Below the pieces are notes generated by a model. It was not told the DNA's origin. It did no database searches and saw only the letters and a list, made by a program, of their open reading frames with translations. Of a stretch of 64,000 nucleotides of DNA, positions 1 through 11,116 are shown piece after piece (the first letter of the stretch is position 1; each line of letters starts with the position of its first letter). Made by a program: the position numbers and the translations under genes. The stretch comes from an uncultured Verrucomicrobiae bacterium (GTDB lineage Bacteria; Verrucomicrobiota; Verrucomicrobiia; Limisphaerales; JAFGQR01), in the NCBI GenBank assembly GCA_963788655.1, contig CAWBHS010000088.1:160001-224000 (forward strand). The letters are read 5' to 3'.

Positions 1-809
1 GGCTGGTGCGCTGCGGGCTGGAGAATTGCGGTGGGCCGGGCCGGGATCAATTCATTACCAACACCGGTGCGCTGAGTGAAATGGATCTCTGGCTGCACGG
101 CAAAGTTGCCAACATCCCAGCATCCCACGTGGAAGTCGCCATTGACCGGAAGCCGCCGCACACCATCCGCGTCCGCGGTCGGGTCGATGAACGAATGTTT
201 TATGGACCGAAGCTCGAGCTCTGGACCGAACTGTCCACTGAACCAGGCTCCGCCTCGTTCCGCCTCGAAGACACCATCACCAATCGCGGCGCTCAACCGC
301 AGGAATTTCAGCTCCTGTACCACGTCAACTTTGGTCCGCCGCTGCTCGAAGAAGGGGCCAGGTTTGTCGGTGCCATCAAGGAAGTCACTCCGTTCAATGA
401 GACCGCCGCCCAAGGCGTTGAGCGGTATGCCGAATACGCGGGACCGACGCCGGGATTTGTCGAACAAGTCTATTGTCTGACGCCCGCCGCGAACGAGCGG
501 GACGAAACCATCCTGATGCTCCAAAACGCCGCGGCCGACCGGGCGTTGGCGATGCGTTATTCGGTGAAGCAACTGCCGTGTGTTTCCTTGTGGAAAAGCA
601 CCGCTGCCGTCGAGGAAGGTTACGTCACCGGTATCGAACCGGGCACCAGCTTTCCCAATACGCGTCGCGTCGAACGCGCCCACGGTCGGGTGCCACGACT
701 GGAGGGCGGGGCAAGCCGGTCGTTTGCCCTCGAATACTCGATTTGTGCCACACGAAAACAAGTGCAGCGGATGACCGATCAAATCGCGGCAATTCAGGCC
801 GGAGCCTAA
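1..809 (+). CDS. DUF4432 / aldose 1-epimerase-like protein (5' partial)
   Basis: Motifs [41 protein letters not shown] runs from the window edge. Confidence 0.8.
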   Translation, partial: LVRCGLENCGGPGRDQFITNTGALSEMDLWLHGKVANIPASHVEVAIDRKPPHTIRVRGRVDERMFYGPKLELWTELSTEPGSASFRLEDTITNRGAQPQEFQLLYHVNFGPPLLEEGARFVGAIKEVTPFNETAAQGVERYAEYAGPTPGFVEQVYCLTPAANERDETILMLQNAAADRALAMRYSVKQLPCVSLWKSTAAVEEGYVTGIEPGTSFPNTRRVERAHGRVPRLEGGASRSFALEYSICATRKQVQRMTDQIAAIQAGA

Positions 810-2297
810 ATGAAATATATTCTCGCCCTCGACCAGGGAACGACCAGTTCCCGCGCCATTGTCTTCGATGAAACCGGTTCCATTCGCGCGGCGGCGCAAC
901 AGGAGTTCCGGCAAATCTATCCCCGCCCGGGCTGGGTGGAGCATGACGCGAATGAAGTATGGTCGGGACAAATGGAGGTCGCCGCGCAAGCCATGCATCA
1001 AGCCGGCTTGAAGCCCGGTGACATCGCCGCCATCGGCATTACCAACCAGCGGGAAACCACTTTGGTGTGGGACCGCCAATCTGGCGCGCCGATCGGCAAC
1101 GCCATCGTTTGGCAGGACCGTCGCACCGCGCCGTTTTGCGAACGACTCCAGGCCGACGGCGCCGAGTCCATGATCCAGAGCAAAACCGGCCTGGTCGTGG
1201 ACGCCTATTTTTCCGCAAGCAAACTCCATTGGATGCTCGAAAATGTTCCTGGCGCCCGCGCCAAGGCCGAAGCTGGCGAATTGGCGTTCGGCACGATGGA
1301 TTCGTGGCTGGTGTGGAAACTGACCGGCGGCAAGGTCCACCTGACCGATGTCACGAACGCGTCGCGCACCATGCTCTATAATTTGCACACGCTCGCTTGG
1401 GACGACGAACTGCTTCGGCTTTTCAACATCCCGCGCGGGCTGCTACCGGAAGTGCGCGCTTCGAGCGAAGTGTACGCCGAGGCTACGGGCGAGCTGGCCG
1501 GCATTCCCATCGCCGGCATTGCGGGCGACCAGCAAGCGGCGCTGTTCGGCCAGGTCTGCACGCGGCCTGGCATGGTGAAAAACACATACGGCACCGGTTG
1601 TTTTCTACTGATGCCTACCGGCGCTCAACCCATAGCGTCGAAAAACAAACTCGTCACCACCATTGCTTGGCGGCTTGGTGACCAGACTGAATATGCGTTG
1701 GAAGGAAGCGTGTTCATCGCTGGCGCGGTGGTGCAATGGCTCCGCGATGGCCTGGGCTTGATCCGGTCTTCCAGTGACGTTGAAGCTCTGGCCGCACAAG
1801 CGCCCGATACGGAAGGCGTGTATATGGTGCCGGCTTTCGCTGGATTGGGGGCGCCGCATTGGGACCCGTATGCGCGCGGCACGATTGTGGGATTGACCCG
1901 CGGGACTACGGCTGCCCATCTGGCGCGCGCCGCGTTGGAGAGCATCGCGTTTCAATCAGCAGACGTGCTGCACGCAATGGATGCGGATGCGGGCAAAGCG
2001 CTCGGGGAAATGCGGGTGGACGGCGGGGCCTCGGTCAACAATCTGCTGATGCAGTTTCAAGCCGACATCTTGGGCGTGCCCGTGGTGCGACCGAAGGTTT
2101 CCGAGACCACCGCGCTCGGGGCTGCCTATCTGGCCGGTTTGGCGGTGGGTTATTGGAAGGATCTCGACGCCATCGCCGCTCATTGGGAAATCGACCGGCG
2201 CTTCGAACCGCAGATGGAACCGGCGGAACGCGAACGTCGCCAGGCCGGCTGGTGGAAGGCTCTCGAACGGGCGAAAGGCTGGGACGCCAACCATTGA
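810..2297 (+). CDS. glpK: Glycerol kinase
   Basis: [45 protein letters not shown] motifs; full length 495 aa. Confidence 0.97.
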   Translation: MKYILALDQGTTSSRAIVFDETGSIRAAAQQEFRQIYPRPGWVEHDANEVWSGQMEVAAQAMHQAGLKPGDIAAIGITNQRETTLVWDRQSGAPIGNAIVWQDRRTAPFCERLQADGAESMIQSKTGLVVDAYFSASKLHWMLENVPGARAKAEAGELAFGTMDSWLVWKLTGGKVHLTDVTNASRTMLYNLHTLAWDDELLRLFNIPRGLLPEVRASSEVYAEATGELAGIPIAGIAGDQQAALFGQVCTRPGMVKNTYGTGCFLLMPTGAQPIASKNKLVTTIAWRLGDQTEYALEGSVFIAGAVVQWLRDGLGLIRSSSDVEALAAQAPDTEGVYMVPAFAGLGAPHWDPYARGTIVGLTRGTTAAHLARAALESIAFQSADVLHAMDADAGKALGEMRVDGGASVNNLLMQFQADILGVPVVRPKVSETTALGAAYLAGLAVGYWKDLDAIAAHWEIDRRFEPQMEPAERERRQAGWWKALERAKGWDANH

Positions 2298-2328
2298 ACC
2301 GTGAACCTTGAATGGACCTCTGCAAATC

Positions 2329-2447
2329 GTAGGATAGGCGTCCCGCCGGTCCCGAATAGTCCAGATGGCGTTCGAAACTCGGCGCAAGATCCCATTGCAT
2401 GGGAAGCGGGTCTGATTGGTTCGGGACAGCCGAGACGGCTGTCCTAC
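2329..2447. repeat. GTAG-type REP doublet (REPIN-like), family A
   Basis: GTAGGATAGGCGTCCCGCCGGTCCC ... GGGACAGCCGAGACGGCTGTCCTAC inverted pair; same family at 5347 and 15144. Confidence 0.8.
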
Positions 2448-2480
2448 GGTGCGGTTTCCCGTCCGCATAATTAGTGCGAA

Positions 2481-4056
2481 ATGAACCGCTCTGAAATGAT
2501 CGAAACCATGCGTGCCTCGGCCGAGCCTTGGGACGTGATCATCATTGGCGGCGGCGCCACCGGTTTGGGATGTGCCGTGGATGCGGCGGCGCGCGGCTAC
2601 CGGACGCTGTTGCTTGAACAGCACGACTTCGCCAAAGGCACCTCGAGCCGCAGCACCAAGCTGATCCATGGCGGCGTGCGCTATTTGCGGCAAGGCAACG
2701 TGGGACTGGTGCTCGAGGCCTTGCGCGAACGCGGCTTGCTCACCCAAAACGCGCCGCACCTGGTCCACAACATGGCGTTCATCGTGCCGAACTACGAATG
2801 GTGGGAGGCACCGTTCTACGGGGTGGGCTTGAAGCTTTACGATCTGCTGGCGGGCAAGCTCGGACTGGGACCGTCAAAACATTTATCGCGCGAGGAAACG
2901 CTAAAGCATTTGCCCACCCTTCAACCGGAGGGCTTGCGCGGCGGCACCATTTACCACGACGGCCAGTTCGATGACGCGCGTTTGGCAGTGTGCCTGGCGC
3001 AAACCGCGGTGGACCTCGGCGCGGTGGTGGCCAATTACGCGCCGGTCATCGCCCTGCAAAAGCAAAATGGTCTGGCGCATGGGGTCGTGGTCCGCGACTT
3101 GGAAGCCAGTCAGGACTTGGCGCTCAATGCCCAAGTGGTCATCAATGCTACCGGCGTGTTTGCTGATGCGGTTCGGCGCTTGGACGACCCGGCTGCCGAC
3201 GATCTCATTGCCCCCAGCCAGGGCGTCCATCTCGTGTTGGATCGCTCGTTTCTTCCTGGTGACAGCGCGATCATGGTCCCTCGCACCGACGACGGTCGGG
3301 TAGTTTTCGTAGTGCCGTGGTTGGACCGGGCGTTGGTCGGCACAACCGACACGCCCATCACCCGGCCCGAATTGGAGCCCCGACCGTTGCCCGAGGAAAT
3401 CAAGTTCCTCTTGAGCCACGCTGGACGCTATCTTACCAAGCCCCCGACAGCCTGCGACGTCTCTGAGCGTTTTCACGGGATTGCGCCCGTTGCACACGAC
3501 CGGCGGCGCCAAGGAAACGGCGGCCTTGCCACGCGACCATAGTGTTTGGATTTCTCCGTCGGGCTTGGTGACGATCACCGGCGGCAAATGGACCACCTAC
3601 CGAAAGATGGCCGAGGACACCATCAACCAGGCCGCCACTGTGGGTGGGCTTTCGGAACAAGCCTGCCGCACGAACGACCTGCATTTGCACGGATGGATCA
3701 GTCCTGTGGAGAAAGAACCGGTTGCTGAACCCGACCACTGGCAAGCCTACGGTGCTGACTGGGCGACGTTGCGCGCGCTGGTGCAAGCCCGGCCGGAACT
3801 GGGCGAACCCGTTCATCCGCGTTTGCCCTATTGCGCGGTTGAAGTCATCTGGGCGGTTCGCCAGGAAATGGCGCTCACCGTGGAAGACGTGCTGGCGCGG
3901 CGCACCCGGTCGCTGTTGCTGGACGCGCGTGCCAGCGTCGAGGCGGCACCCAAAGTGGCCGAGTTGATGGCTGCGGAACTCCACCAACCCCCGGCTTGGG
4001 CCGATGCGCAGGTGAACGCATTCAGGCAAGTCGCCCAAAGCTATGTGCTCGATTGA
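2481..4056 (+). CDS. glpD: Glycerol-3-phosphate dehydrogenase/oxidase (one frameshift near 3462)
   Basis: IGGGATG, GTSSRSTKLIHGGVRYL, then GLRPL/GGKWTTYRKMAE/EDVLARRTR in the next frame; next to glpK. Confidence 0.9.
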
Positions 4057-4263
4057 GCGTGCGGAAGGTTTCAAGTTTGAGACTTCTAATCTCCAATTCA
4101 AAGTCCGCCCAGTGACACTGAAGTCTTGCAACGATACGCCAAGCCGCTCCAGCATCTCGGCCATCATGAATACAACTGAGGCATGGTTGATCGAGAGAAA
4201 TGGTGTGCTCTTGTGGTCCGTCAGGTTCGTGGACAGGACACCAGCGGCAGCGGGCGTGGCCGC

Positions 4264-4965
4264 ATGATTCGCCTTGTCCCCACACGCCGGGGCGTGCGCA
4301 TTGTTCAACATGACGCCGTGCTCAGTGAAGTGCTGGCCCACCCCGGTCCCACGCACAGCATCGTTGACGTGCTGGCAGCGGCGGTACAGGCGTTCGCCCA
4401 GGGACCGAGGGTTGCCCTTTTGGGATTTGAAGGCGGCGGCATGGTGGGACCGTTGCGAGCCATGGGGGGGCGCCATGCGTTGGACGCAATCGATATTAGC
4501 AATCGGAGCTACGGCCTCTTCAAGCAGCTTTGCCAGTCCTGGTGCGGCTCAGTGGCGTTTTACCAGGAAGACGCCGTTGCCTGGCTACGTTCCAGTCGCA
4601 GGCGTTTCCACGCAATTGTGGAGGACTTGTCCATTGCGCAGCATCGGGAGGTCGTGCAGCCGGAAATGGTTTGGCAAACCTTGCCCCATTTGGTCCGGCG
4701 AAGAACACACTCGAATGCAGTGGTCGTGTTCAATTTGCTTCGGCCGAAAGGACTCTCGTGGGACGCGGTCGTTTCCCTGGTGACTCGCCCGTTTGCGGCT
4801 GCGCACATTGTCCGATTGGACGACTTTGAAAACCGCATCGTCCTGGCCGGAAACCAGCACGGGGTTGCGTCCGCCCGGGAGATTTCTCGGCGGCTGCGGG
4901 CTGAGTTGAAGAAGATCCAATCACGCTTGGCCGGCCGCATTGCCGTGCGCAGCGTGAAAGCGTGA
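4264..4965 (+). CDS. Spermidine-synthase-like SAM-binding protein
   Basis: VALLGFEGGG motif-I-like sequence, EDAVAWL, FHAIVEDL pattern. Confidence 0.55.
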   Translation: MIRLVPTRRGVRIVQHDAVLSEVLAHPGPTHSIVDVLAAAVQAFAQGPRVALLGFEGGGMVGPLRAMGGRHALDAIDISNRSYGLFKQLCQSWCGSVAFYQEDAVAWLRSSRRRFHAIVEDLSIAQHREVVQPEMVWQTLPHLVRRRTHSNAVVVFNLLRPKGLSWDAVVSLVTRPFAAAHIVRLDDFENRIVLAGNQHGVASAREISRRLRAELKKIQSRLAGRIAVRSVKA

Positions 4966-5076
4966 GGTGTGCAAGGTTGGAAGAGCAGTACAGCGCGTAC
5001 CTCCTGTCCCGAATTATTCCAGATGTCGCTCAATCGTATGCAATTGCAGCTCTGCCTCTTGGCGTCTCGCGACATC

Positions 5077-5220
5077 ACGCCAGTGTCTGGAGTGCGCGGA
5101 GCTTGCTCCCGCTTTGCTTGCAGGATGCGCCAAGACCACCAGGCAGCCGGTTTCAAAATGCGATCATCGCAACCCATCCGAAAGCGCCGGCAAGCCGGTC
5201 GCAGTCCAAGCGCTGGCGCG
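5077..5220. repeat. GGAGTGCG-type palindromic doublet, family E
   Basis: GGAGTGCGCGGAGCTTGCTCCCGCTTT ... AAAGCGCCGGCAAGCCGGTCGCAGTCC; near-identical copy at about 51049-51166. Confidence 0.8.
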
Positions 5221-5346
5221 ACTCATTCTACGCCTTTCCACAACAATCACTCAGGACGCATATAATCATCGCTATTGGCCCGACGATTGTTGGTCGCCAT
5301 TCACTTGTTGTGTGTGCGGGGCGAGAGGGAAAGCCAATAACCATTC

Positions 5347-5371
5347 GGGACAGCCGGGACGGCTGTCCTAC
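5347..5371. repeat. Single REP, family A
   Basis: GGGACAGCCGGGACGGCTGTCCTAC just downstream of queD. Confidence 0.75.
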
Positions 5372-5383
5372 TGGACAACGCGT

Positions 5384-5746
5384 TCATTGTCCGCGGTAAA
5401 CGCAGCGCGATTGGCACGTCTCCGCCACGGCGACTTCGGTCAGCAACGGTAGCTTGGGTTTGAGACGCTTCCAAATCCAGACGGCGATGTTTTCGCTGGT
5501 GGGATTTTCGAGGCCACGAATTTCATTGAGGTAATAATGATCGAGCCGTTTCCAGATTGGCTTGAACGCGGCGGAAATATCCGCGTAATCAATCAGCCAA
5601 CCAAGCTGGGCATCGCACTCGCCTTCGACCACGATTTCCACCTGGAAGCTGTGGCCGTGAAGCCGGTGACACTTGTGTGCTTTGGGTAGGTGCGGCAACA
5701 AATGGGCGGCTTCAAATTGAAAGGTCTTTCGTAATTCAACACGCAT
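5384..5746 (-). CDS. queD: 6-carboxy-5,6,7,8-tetrahydropterin synthase
   Basis: FEAAH, CHRLHGHS (CxxxHGH), LDHYYLN, NPTSENIA, AET motifs. Confidence 0.93.
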   Translation of the reverse strand: MRVELRKTFQFEAAHLLPHLPKAHKCHRLHGHSFQVEIVVEGECDAQLGWLIDYADISAAFKPIWKRLDHYYLNEIRGLENPTSENIAVWIWKRLKPKLPLLTEVAVAETCQSRCVYRGQ

Positions 5747-5776
5747 AAATTTCAGGGTTCGGGGTCGCGGTTTGCT

Positions 5777-7138
5777 TCATCGTTCCCAATGGGTCCAAGT
5801 GATCAGATCGCCAAGCGCGGGCCGGCCGTCATGACGCCAAGTCAGCGGCGGGTTTTGCATTTCACCGAGCGGACAGACGCGCGTCACGCCCCAATGGGCC
5901 AATTGCCGGACCAAGTCGGGGGCTTCCGTTCCGCTGGCCGCCAGACCGACGGTCGAGACTTTGCCCCGCACCGGCTCGGCTTGATGGAGGACTTCCGTCA
6001 AGTCCTCGGTCGCCTTCACAAATGCGCAGCGATATAGACAGGAGGGATGAAAGCGCGAGTCCTCCTCATAAATCACAGTCCACGCTGTTGATTCTGGGCT
6101 GGCCCAGAGGCGGGTTTTGGTCGAGTCCAATGCGCGGATTTCGAAGAAGGAACGCAGACTGGCAATTTCAGTTGCCACCTCCACCGGAACGGTCCCCCGC
6201 GGCTCGACGGTTTCCTGATGGTCCATCGCTTGGGCCAGTAATTCCGCAAAGGCATCTGGGAAGGTGCTGCCTCCGGTTTCCACATAAACAACCTGCGGCG
6301 ACAGGCAACCAAGCTGGTTCCAGGCAGCGATGTCGCGTGCGGCGGCTTGCGCCAGTTTCTTGGCGTTGAAACGAGAGAGCATTTCTTTGGTGATGTAACC
6401 AAAGCTCACCCGATGGCCGTAGCCGAGGAAACGAACCCGCGGCGGCAGCCGACGCCGAATAGCGTCCAGGGCTTCGTCGCTGCCAGTGGCGGTGACGCAG
6501 TTTGATTCCCGAAATAGCACCTCTTCCAGGGCAGTGGTGCCGCCCGGCCATTCCGCGATTTCCAGACAGGCGGCCAGCTTGGGTTCGGCGTCGTAGAGCG
6601 AATGGGCAAAGAGCCGCGGCAGCAGCGAAGTGCCGCGGGCGCACTTGACGAATTGGGCGGAGCGCACGAGCAGTCCCAAGACGATGCTCATCAGCGCCGG
6701 ATTGGGTAGGTTTCCCGCGGTGATGTGGGCCAGTAGTTCCGGCCCGCAAGCCATGGCGGCTTGGCCCAATTGAGCTTCTTCGGCGCTGGCAACCGGTTCG
6801 TCCAGGCGCTGAACCTGACCGAGGTCCTGGATAACGAGCGCGGTCAGTTGCTTACGAGTCAGTCGGGCGAAAAAGGATTCCAATCCATTGACCAACGTGG
6901 CGCGCGAGAAGCCGGTGGCTGCGGGGCCTTGCTCCAAGGCCATTTGACGGAAGGGATAGTCCGGGTCCAACCAGTTTTCCGCAACCGTCGCCAACACCTT
7001 AATCACGCTTGCCGTCGAACGCGGGGCCAGATAATTCGCCCGGTTCTGCTTCAAGGCAAAACAGGCCTCGCGCACCATGGCCGGTGACAACTCGGCTTCC
7101 GGGGGCAGATCAGCGAAAAAATAATTGGGCAACGTCAT
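5777..7138 (-). CDS. LuxC-like acyl-CoA/acyl-protein reductase
   Basis: HITAGNLP, ATGSDEAL, GYGHRVSFG, NQLGCLSPQ (catalytic Cys), GEMQNPP..WRHDGRP; ATGA overlap with upstream gene. Confidence 0.85.
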   Translation of the reverse strand: MTLPNYFFADLPPEAELSPAMVREACFALKQNRANYLAPRSTASVIKVLATVAENWLDPDYPFRQMALEQGPAATGFSRATLVNGLESFFARLTRKQLTALVIQDLGQVQRLDEPVASAEEAQLGQAAMACGPELLAHITAGNLPNPALMSIVLGLLVRSAQFVKCARGTSLLPRLFAHSLYDAEPKLAACLEIAEWPGGTTALEEVLFRESNCVTATGSDEALDAIRRRLPPRVRFLGYGHRVSFGYITKEMLSRFNAKKLAQAAARDIAAWNQLGCLSPQVVYVETGGSTFPDAFAELLAQAMDHQETVEPRGTVPVEVATEIASLRSFFEIRALDSTKTRLWASPESTAWTVIYEEDSRFHPSCLYRCAFVKATEDLTEVLHQAEPVRGKVSTVGLAASGTEAPDLVRQLAHWGVTRVCPLGEMQNPPLTWRHDGRPALGDLITWTHWER

Positions 7139-8346
7139 CGCTGAAGCTCGGTTGCCATGAGCGAACATCCGCGGGGCTCGACGGTGGTCGCTCGCCCAAG
7201 CAATTCAAAGCCGCTGCCGCAACGCCGGCCCAAATCCTCCGTTTGCACGGCCAAGATGGAACGGACATTGGCTAGATCAACGACCCGAATCAAACCGGTT
7301 TCGCCGTCGGCGACTTCGCTCCCGGTTTCCGGGGAAATGAGTTGCCCCCGCGCCCACGGTGGAAATTGGAATCGACGGGTCAGGCCGGACGGGTGTTTAA
7401 GCGACGGTGCGGATTGGCCGGTCGAAGCGATGGCGTGATCGTAAGCCTGCGAACTGAGCTCGCACATCCCGTATTCGCAAACGATGTGGCTGGCCGGTAT
7501 GCCCAGTTGCCGGGTGATGAACGTGTGCAATTCGAGTTGCGAGAGTATGCGCGAGCGTCCCTTGTAGCCGCCGGTTTCCATCACTCGCGAACCAGTCGGC
7601 AAGTGATAATCCTTCCCCATCGCGGCAAGGTGATCGAGCAAATGCACAAAATTGAAGGCGGTGCCGATGATGACTACTGGCCGGTGTTCGCGGCGGGTGC
7701 GATCAAGGGCCGGCACGGTTTGCTCGAAATCCAAGGCCCATGCTCCGGCTTCGTCCAGGCAACCAACAAAAGTCGTCAAGGGCAGGAGGCGTTCGCGGCG
7801 AATGGTATCCAGCATGTGAACCAGCGAGGAATGGGGCGCGAGCTCCGGAGAAGGCGTCAAGAGAATCATGGCTGGTTCCGGTTCTTTCCAAACGGCCCCG
7901 GAAGAGCCGGGGGCCGCCACGGTGGCGATTCCGAGATTCACCTTGAACCAAGCCAGCAGTGACATTTCATAGAGCGCTAACGATTCCGGATCATGAAAGT
8001 GGCGGCTGGGCCGATGCCCGGTGGTGCCGCTGGAATGAAAAACCGCGGTTCGTTCTCCGGCGGGCAGAGTGGTCAGTTCAAGTTCCTTGAAAGCCACCAC
8101 GGGCACGGCGGGAATTAGCCGCCAATGAGTGACCTCTGGGGGAGTAGCATTCCGGGCTTCGCAGAATTTGTGGAAAGCGGGATTGTGTTCATACTGCAAT
8201 GCGAACAAATCCAACGCCAATTGATTGAATTGAGCCTCGCTGTCTGAAAGAAATGGTAATTTGCCGGACGTCCTTCCGGCTACGCTGGCTTGAATGAATC
8301 CGCGTACGCGGTCGGCAAATTCGGCAAATTGGTTGTTGATACTCAT
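7135..8346 (-). CDS. LuxE-like acyl-protein synthetase (LuxE/PaaK family)
   Basis: FHSSGTTG, METGGYKGR, EYGMCELSSQAY, DLAN, QTEDLG, LGR..EPRGCS motifs. Confidence 0.87.
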   Translation of the reverse strand: MSINNQFAEFADRVRGFIQASVAGRTSGKLPFLSDSEAQFNQLALDLFALQYEHNPAFHKFCEARNATPPEVTHWRLIPAVPVVAFKELELTTLPAGERTAVFHSSGTTGHRPSRHFHDPESLALYEMSLLAWFKVNLGIATVAAPGSSGAVWKEPEPAMILLTPSPELAPHSSLVHMLDTIRRERLLPLTTFVGCLDEAGAWALDFEQTVPALDRTRREHRPVVIIGTAFNFVHLLDHLAAMGKDYHLPTGSRVMETGGYKGRSRILSQLELHTFITRQLGIPASHIVCEYGMCELSSQAYDHAIASTGQSAPSLKHPSGLTRRFQFPPWARGQLISPETGSEVADGETGLIRVVDLANVRSILAVQTEDLGRRCGSGFELLGRATTVEPRGCSLMATELQR

Positions 8347-8494
8347 GCGGTTTTGTTTCCGAACGGCTGGTTTTCCGCCACAGCCAAAGGCTAAAATTAC
8401 CAAGTGTGCCATTGGGTCGCAAGCGGAGGTTTTGCGGACTTTCGCAAACAGATTAACAATTGCCGTCAAATGTCGATAAGAAGGTGACGTTTGT

Positions 8495-8830
8495 ATGAGT
8501 CCTGACGAAATCGAAATAGTTGAGTTCCTGAGAAAGTTCCGCCGCAATTTTGTGTCGGTAAACGAAATCTCACGCAGTATCGGGCAGCGCAAGCGTTACC
8601 TCGAAGATCGCCATTGGGCCCGGCCCCTTTTGCGGCGGATGGAAGTGGATGGGCTGGTGGAATCCAACGAGTTTTCCGAGTATCGTTTGCTGCTGCAAGA
8701 GGAGGACACCACCAGTTTCTGGAAAGCCGTGACCAATCCGAGTCTCTCCTTGGGCGACACCACCATCATCGAACTCGACGAAGACACTGACACTGACACC
8801 GGCGCAGTAAAACTCAACGCCACGGAATAG
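8495..8830 (+). CDS. Hypothetical protein, possible winged-helix with acidic tail
   Basis: 111-aa ORF divergent from luxE; helical basic N-half followed by GLVESNEFSEYRL. Confidence 0.6.
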   Translation: MSPDEIEIVEFLRKFRRNFVSVNEISRSIGQRKRYLEDRHWARPLLRRMEVDGLVESNEFSEYRLLLQEEDTTSFWKAVTNPSLSLGDTTIIELDEDTDTDTGAVKLNATE

Positions 8831-8838
8831 GTGCCCGC

Positions 8839-10397
8839 CTACGACGCCACCGTCTGGCACTGTTCCCGGAGGAATTGGGGAACATAAAATGGGCCCACTG
8901 CGTTGCGACAGGCCGATCCGGAAGCTTTCCACCCCCCCACGGTCTGTATGCCCGGCCAGCCTCCCGTCGTGGCGCCCTCGCGCTGGTTACAGTAAGTCGA
9001 AGCGGCTTCGATGCGGTTGAAGAACTCAATTTGTTCGGCCTGCACCTGGGTAAAAATACCGGCCGCCATGCCGTAACTGCTTTGGTTCGCCAGCGTGATG
9101 GCCTCGTCCAGCGATTGGACTTCCGCTACGCCCAGCACCGGCACCAGCCATTCGCTCTGGAAGAAACGCGATTGCGCGGGTAGGCGGTCAATGAGGGCAG
9201 GCTCGACAAAATAGCCATGGGCTAACTCGCGCGTGCGAAGCACTTTCCCGCCGACCCGCAAGCGGCCTTCCTTCCGACCCAACGCCACGGCTTGTTTGGT
9301 ACTTGGCCACGGCGCTCTCGTTGATCAGCGGACCCATCGCCGTATCGCGTGCCAGGGGATCGCCGATTTTTAACCTCGCGATTGTTTGCAGCAAGCCCTC
9401 GATGACTCGTTTGCTGATTTTGCGATGCACGTAAATACGGGAACAGCCGGCGCAGTGCTGCCCATTGCCAGCCAAAGGCTGATTGAACCACCCCCTCGAC
9501 CACCGCTGCCACGTCCGCGGTCGGCATGACGATCACCGGATTGTTGCTTCCCATCGCTGCCAGGCAGGGGCGGGGGTATGGTCCGGCAAACTGGCGCAGC
9601 AAACTCATACCCACTTCCGTCGTGCCGCTGAAAGCCAGTCCGGCAACGTCTGGACTCGCCAATAGCGGCTTCACCAATTCGCTCCCCGGTCCGGTAATCA
9701 GATTGAAGACGCCCACCGGCAGCCCCGCGTCGTGAAGCAAGGTGTTGAACCGCGATCCCACCAGGGCGGCGCGGCTGGAAGGTTTAAAGACCATGGTATT
9801 GCCGCCGGCCAGCGCGGCAATCGCGGTACCGGCCGGAATCGACAGGGGGAAATTAAACGAAGAAATCAAAGCCCAGACGCCGTGCGGCCGCAACGCACAT
9901 TGGTGTTCGTTTCCAGGCGAGCCGTTCAAACGATAGGCGAAACCCTGGTGCCGTTCGGTCTGATTGCAATAATAGACCATGGCCTGAACGGCCTGGGTGA
10001 CCTCGGCGAACGCGTCGATTCGGTTCTTACCCACTTCCAGGCTGATGAGCGCGGCGAGTTCATGTTGGTGGCCGGCGATTAATTCGGCAGCCTTGCGGAG
10101 GTAAGCAATCCGTTCTTGCCACCCAAATTCGCGCCAGAAACGACTGGAAGCCTGGGCGGTGGCGATGGCCTTATGAACTTGATCGCGGGTGGCCTTTTGA
10201 AACTTACCCGCCAAAATTCGGGAATCGGCGGGAAGAAAACTTTGAAAGGTGCCGCTTTTGGACTTGAGTGACTTGCCATTGATCCACAGCCGGTGGACCT
10301 GACCGAGCCGTTTGCGCGCCTGCACCAGAGCACTCTCGAACGCTCGGTGAAAGTCTTCACCCAACGTTCCCGAAGAGTCTGGCACGCCTTGCTCCAT
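8839..10397 (-). CDS. Aldehyde dehydrogenase family (P5C-dehydrogenase-like), frameshifted near 9470 and 9290
   Basis: LEVGKN, FNFPL, FKPSS, FNLITGPG, GQHCAGCSR, GPLIN, GGWKASG spread over three frames. Confidence 0.75.
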
Positions 10398-10546
10398 AGG
10401 TTCATTTACTCCGTGATACGGCATAAGTATAAACCATGTTACCCCACCCGGCAACTATTGGGTCTGGTGGCAGCAGTTCGGCGTCCCGTATGGACGCGAA
10501 AAAGGCCGGAAAATACCGGCCGGTCGAGAAGCAGTGGTCGCTGAAA

Positions 10547-11113
10547 TCAGCGTTTCCGCAATCGGGCGACGGCCTCCTTCATTTCCGCCAGATGGACATC
10601 GGCGCTGGGATTGTCGGTAATGTGCGCGATTTTTCCGTCCAATCCGATCAGAAAGCTTACCCGGCGCGCCATGTCTCGACCGTTCATCCGGGCGCCGTAC
10701 GAGTTGGCAATCTTGCCGTTGGTATCGGCCAGGAGGGTGAAATTCAATTTGTGCTTTTCGCGAAAAGCCCGGTGGCTGGCCGGATCATCGAAGCTAACTC
10801 CCACAACCTCAACTTCTTGTTGCTTCAAATCAGCCATCCGGTCCCGCAAGCCGCAAGCTTCTTTGGTACAGCCCGGGGTGTCGTCTTTGGGATAGAAATA
10901 CAACAACACAATCTTTTTGCCGATGAAATCGGCCAACTTCCATGACTTGCCGTCCTGGTCCTGGCCTTTGACCAGCGGGGCTTTATCGCCCACTTTGAGG
11001 GACTGTTTGGGGGCCGCAGCGTTGGTGCTGGTAATGGCCAAAACTACGACGGCCATGGCTAAGGCAGTCGTCGCCTGTCTGACTGTATTCAGGTTAATCG
11101 AGTTCATTGGCAT
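10547..11113 (-). CDS. Peroxiredoxin Bcp/PrxQ with signal peptide
   Basis: YFYPKDDTPGCTKEAC motif; hydrophobic N-terminus. Confidence 0.9.
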   Translation of the reverse strand: MPMNSINLNTVRQATTALAMAVVVLAITSTNAAAPKQSLKVGDKAPLVKGQDQDGKSWKLADFIGKKIVLLYFYPKDDTPGCTKEACGLRDRMADLKQQEVEVVGVSFDDPASHRAFREKHKLNFTLLADTNGKIANSYGARMNGRDMARRVSFLIGLDGKIAHITDNPSADVHLAEMKEAVARLRKR

Positions 11114-11116
11114 GCA

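Noticed and set aside
3455..3480. Programmed frameshift in glpD (likewise the pilin and the Cys-rich gene)
   Set aside because: No slippery heptamer; single-base indels are widespread in this window.
4962..5452. ORFs between the methyltransferase-like gene and queD
   Set aside because: They run through repeat elements and show no protein features.
5777..8346. Bioluminescence operon
   Set aside because: No luciferase (luxA/luxB) or luxD in the window.
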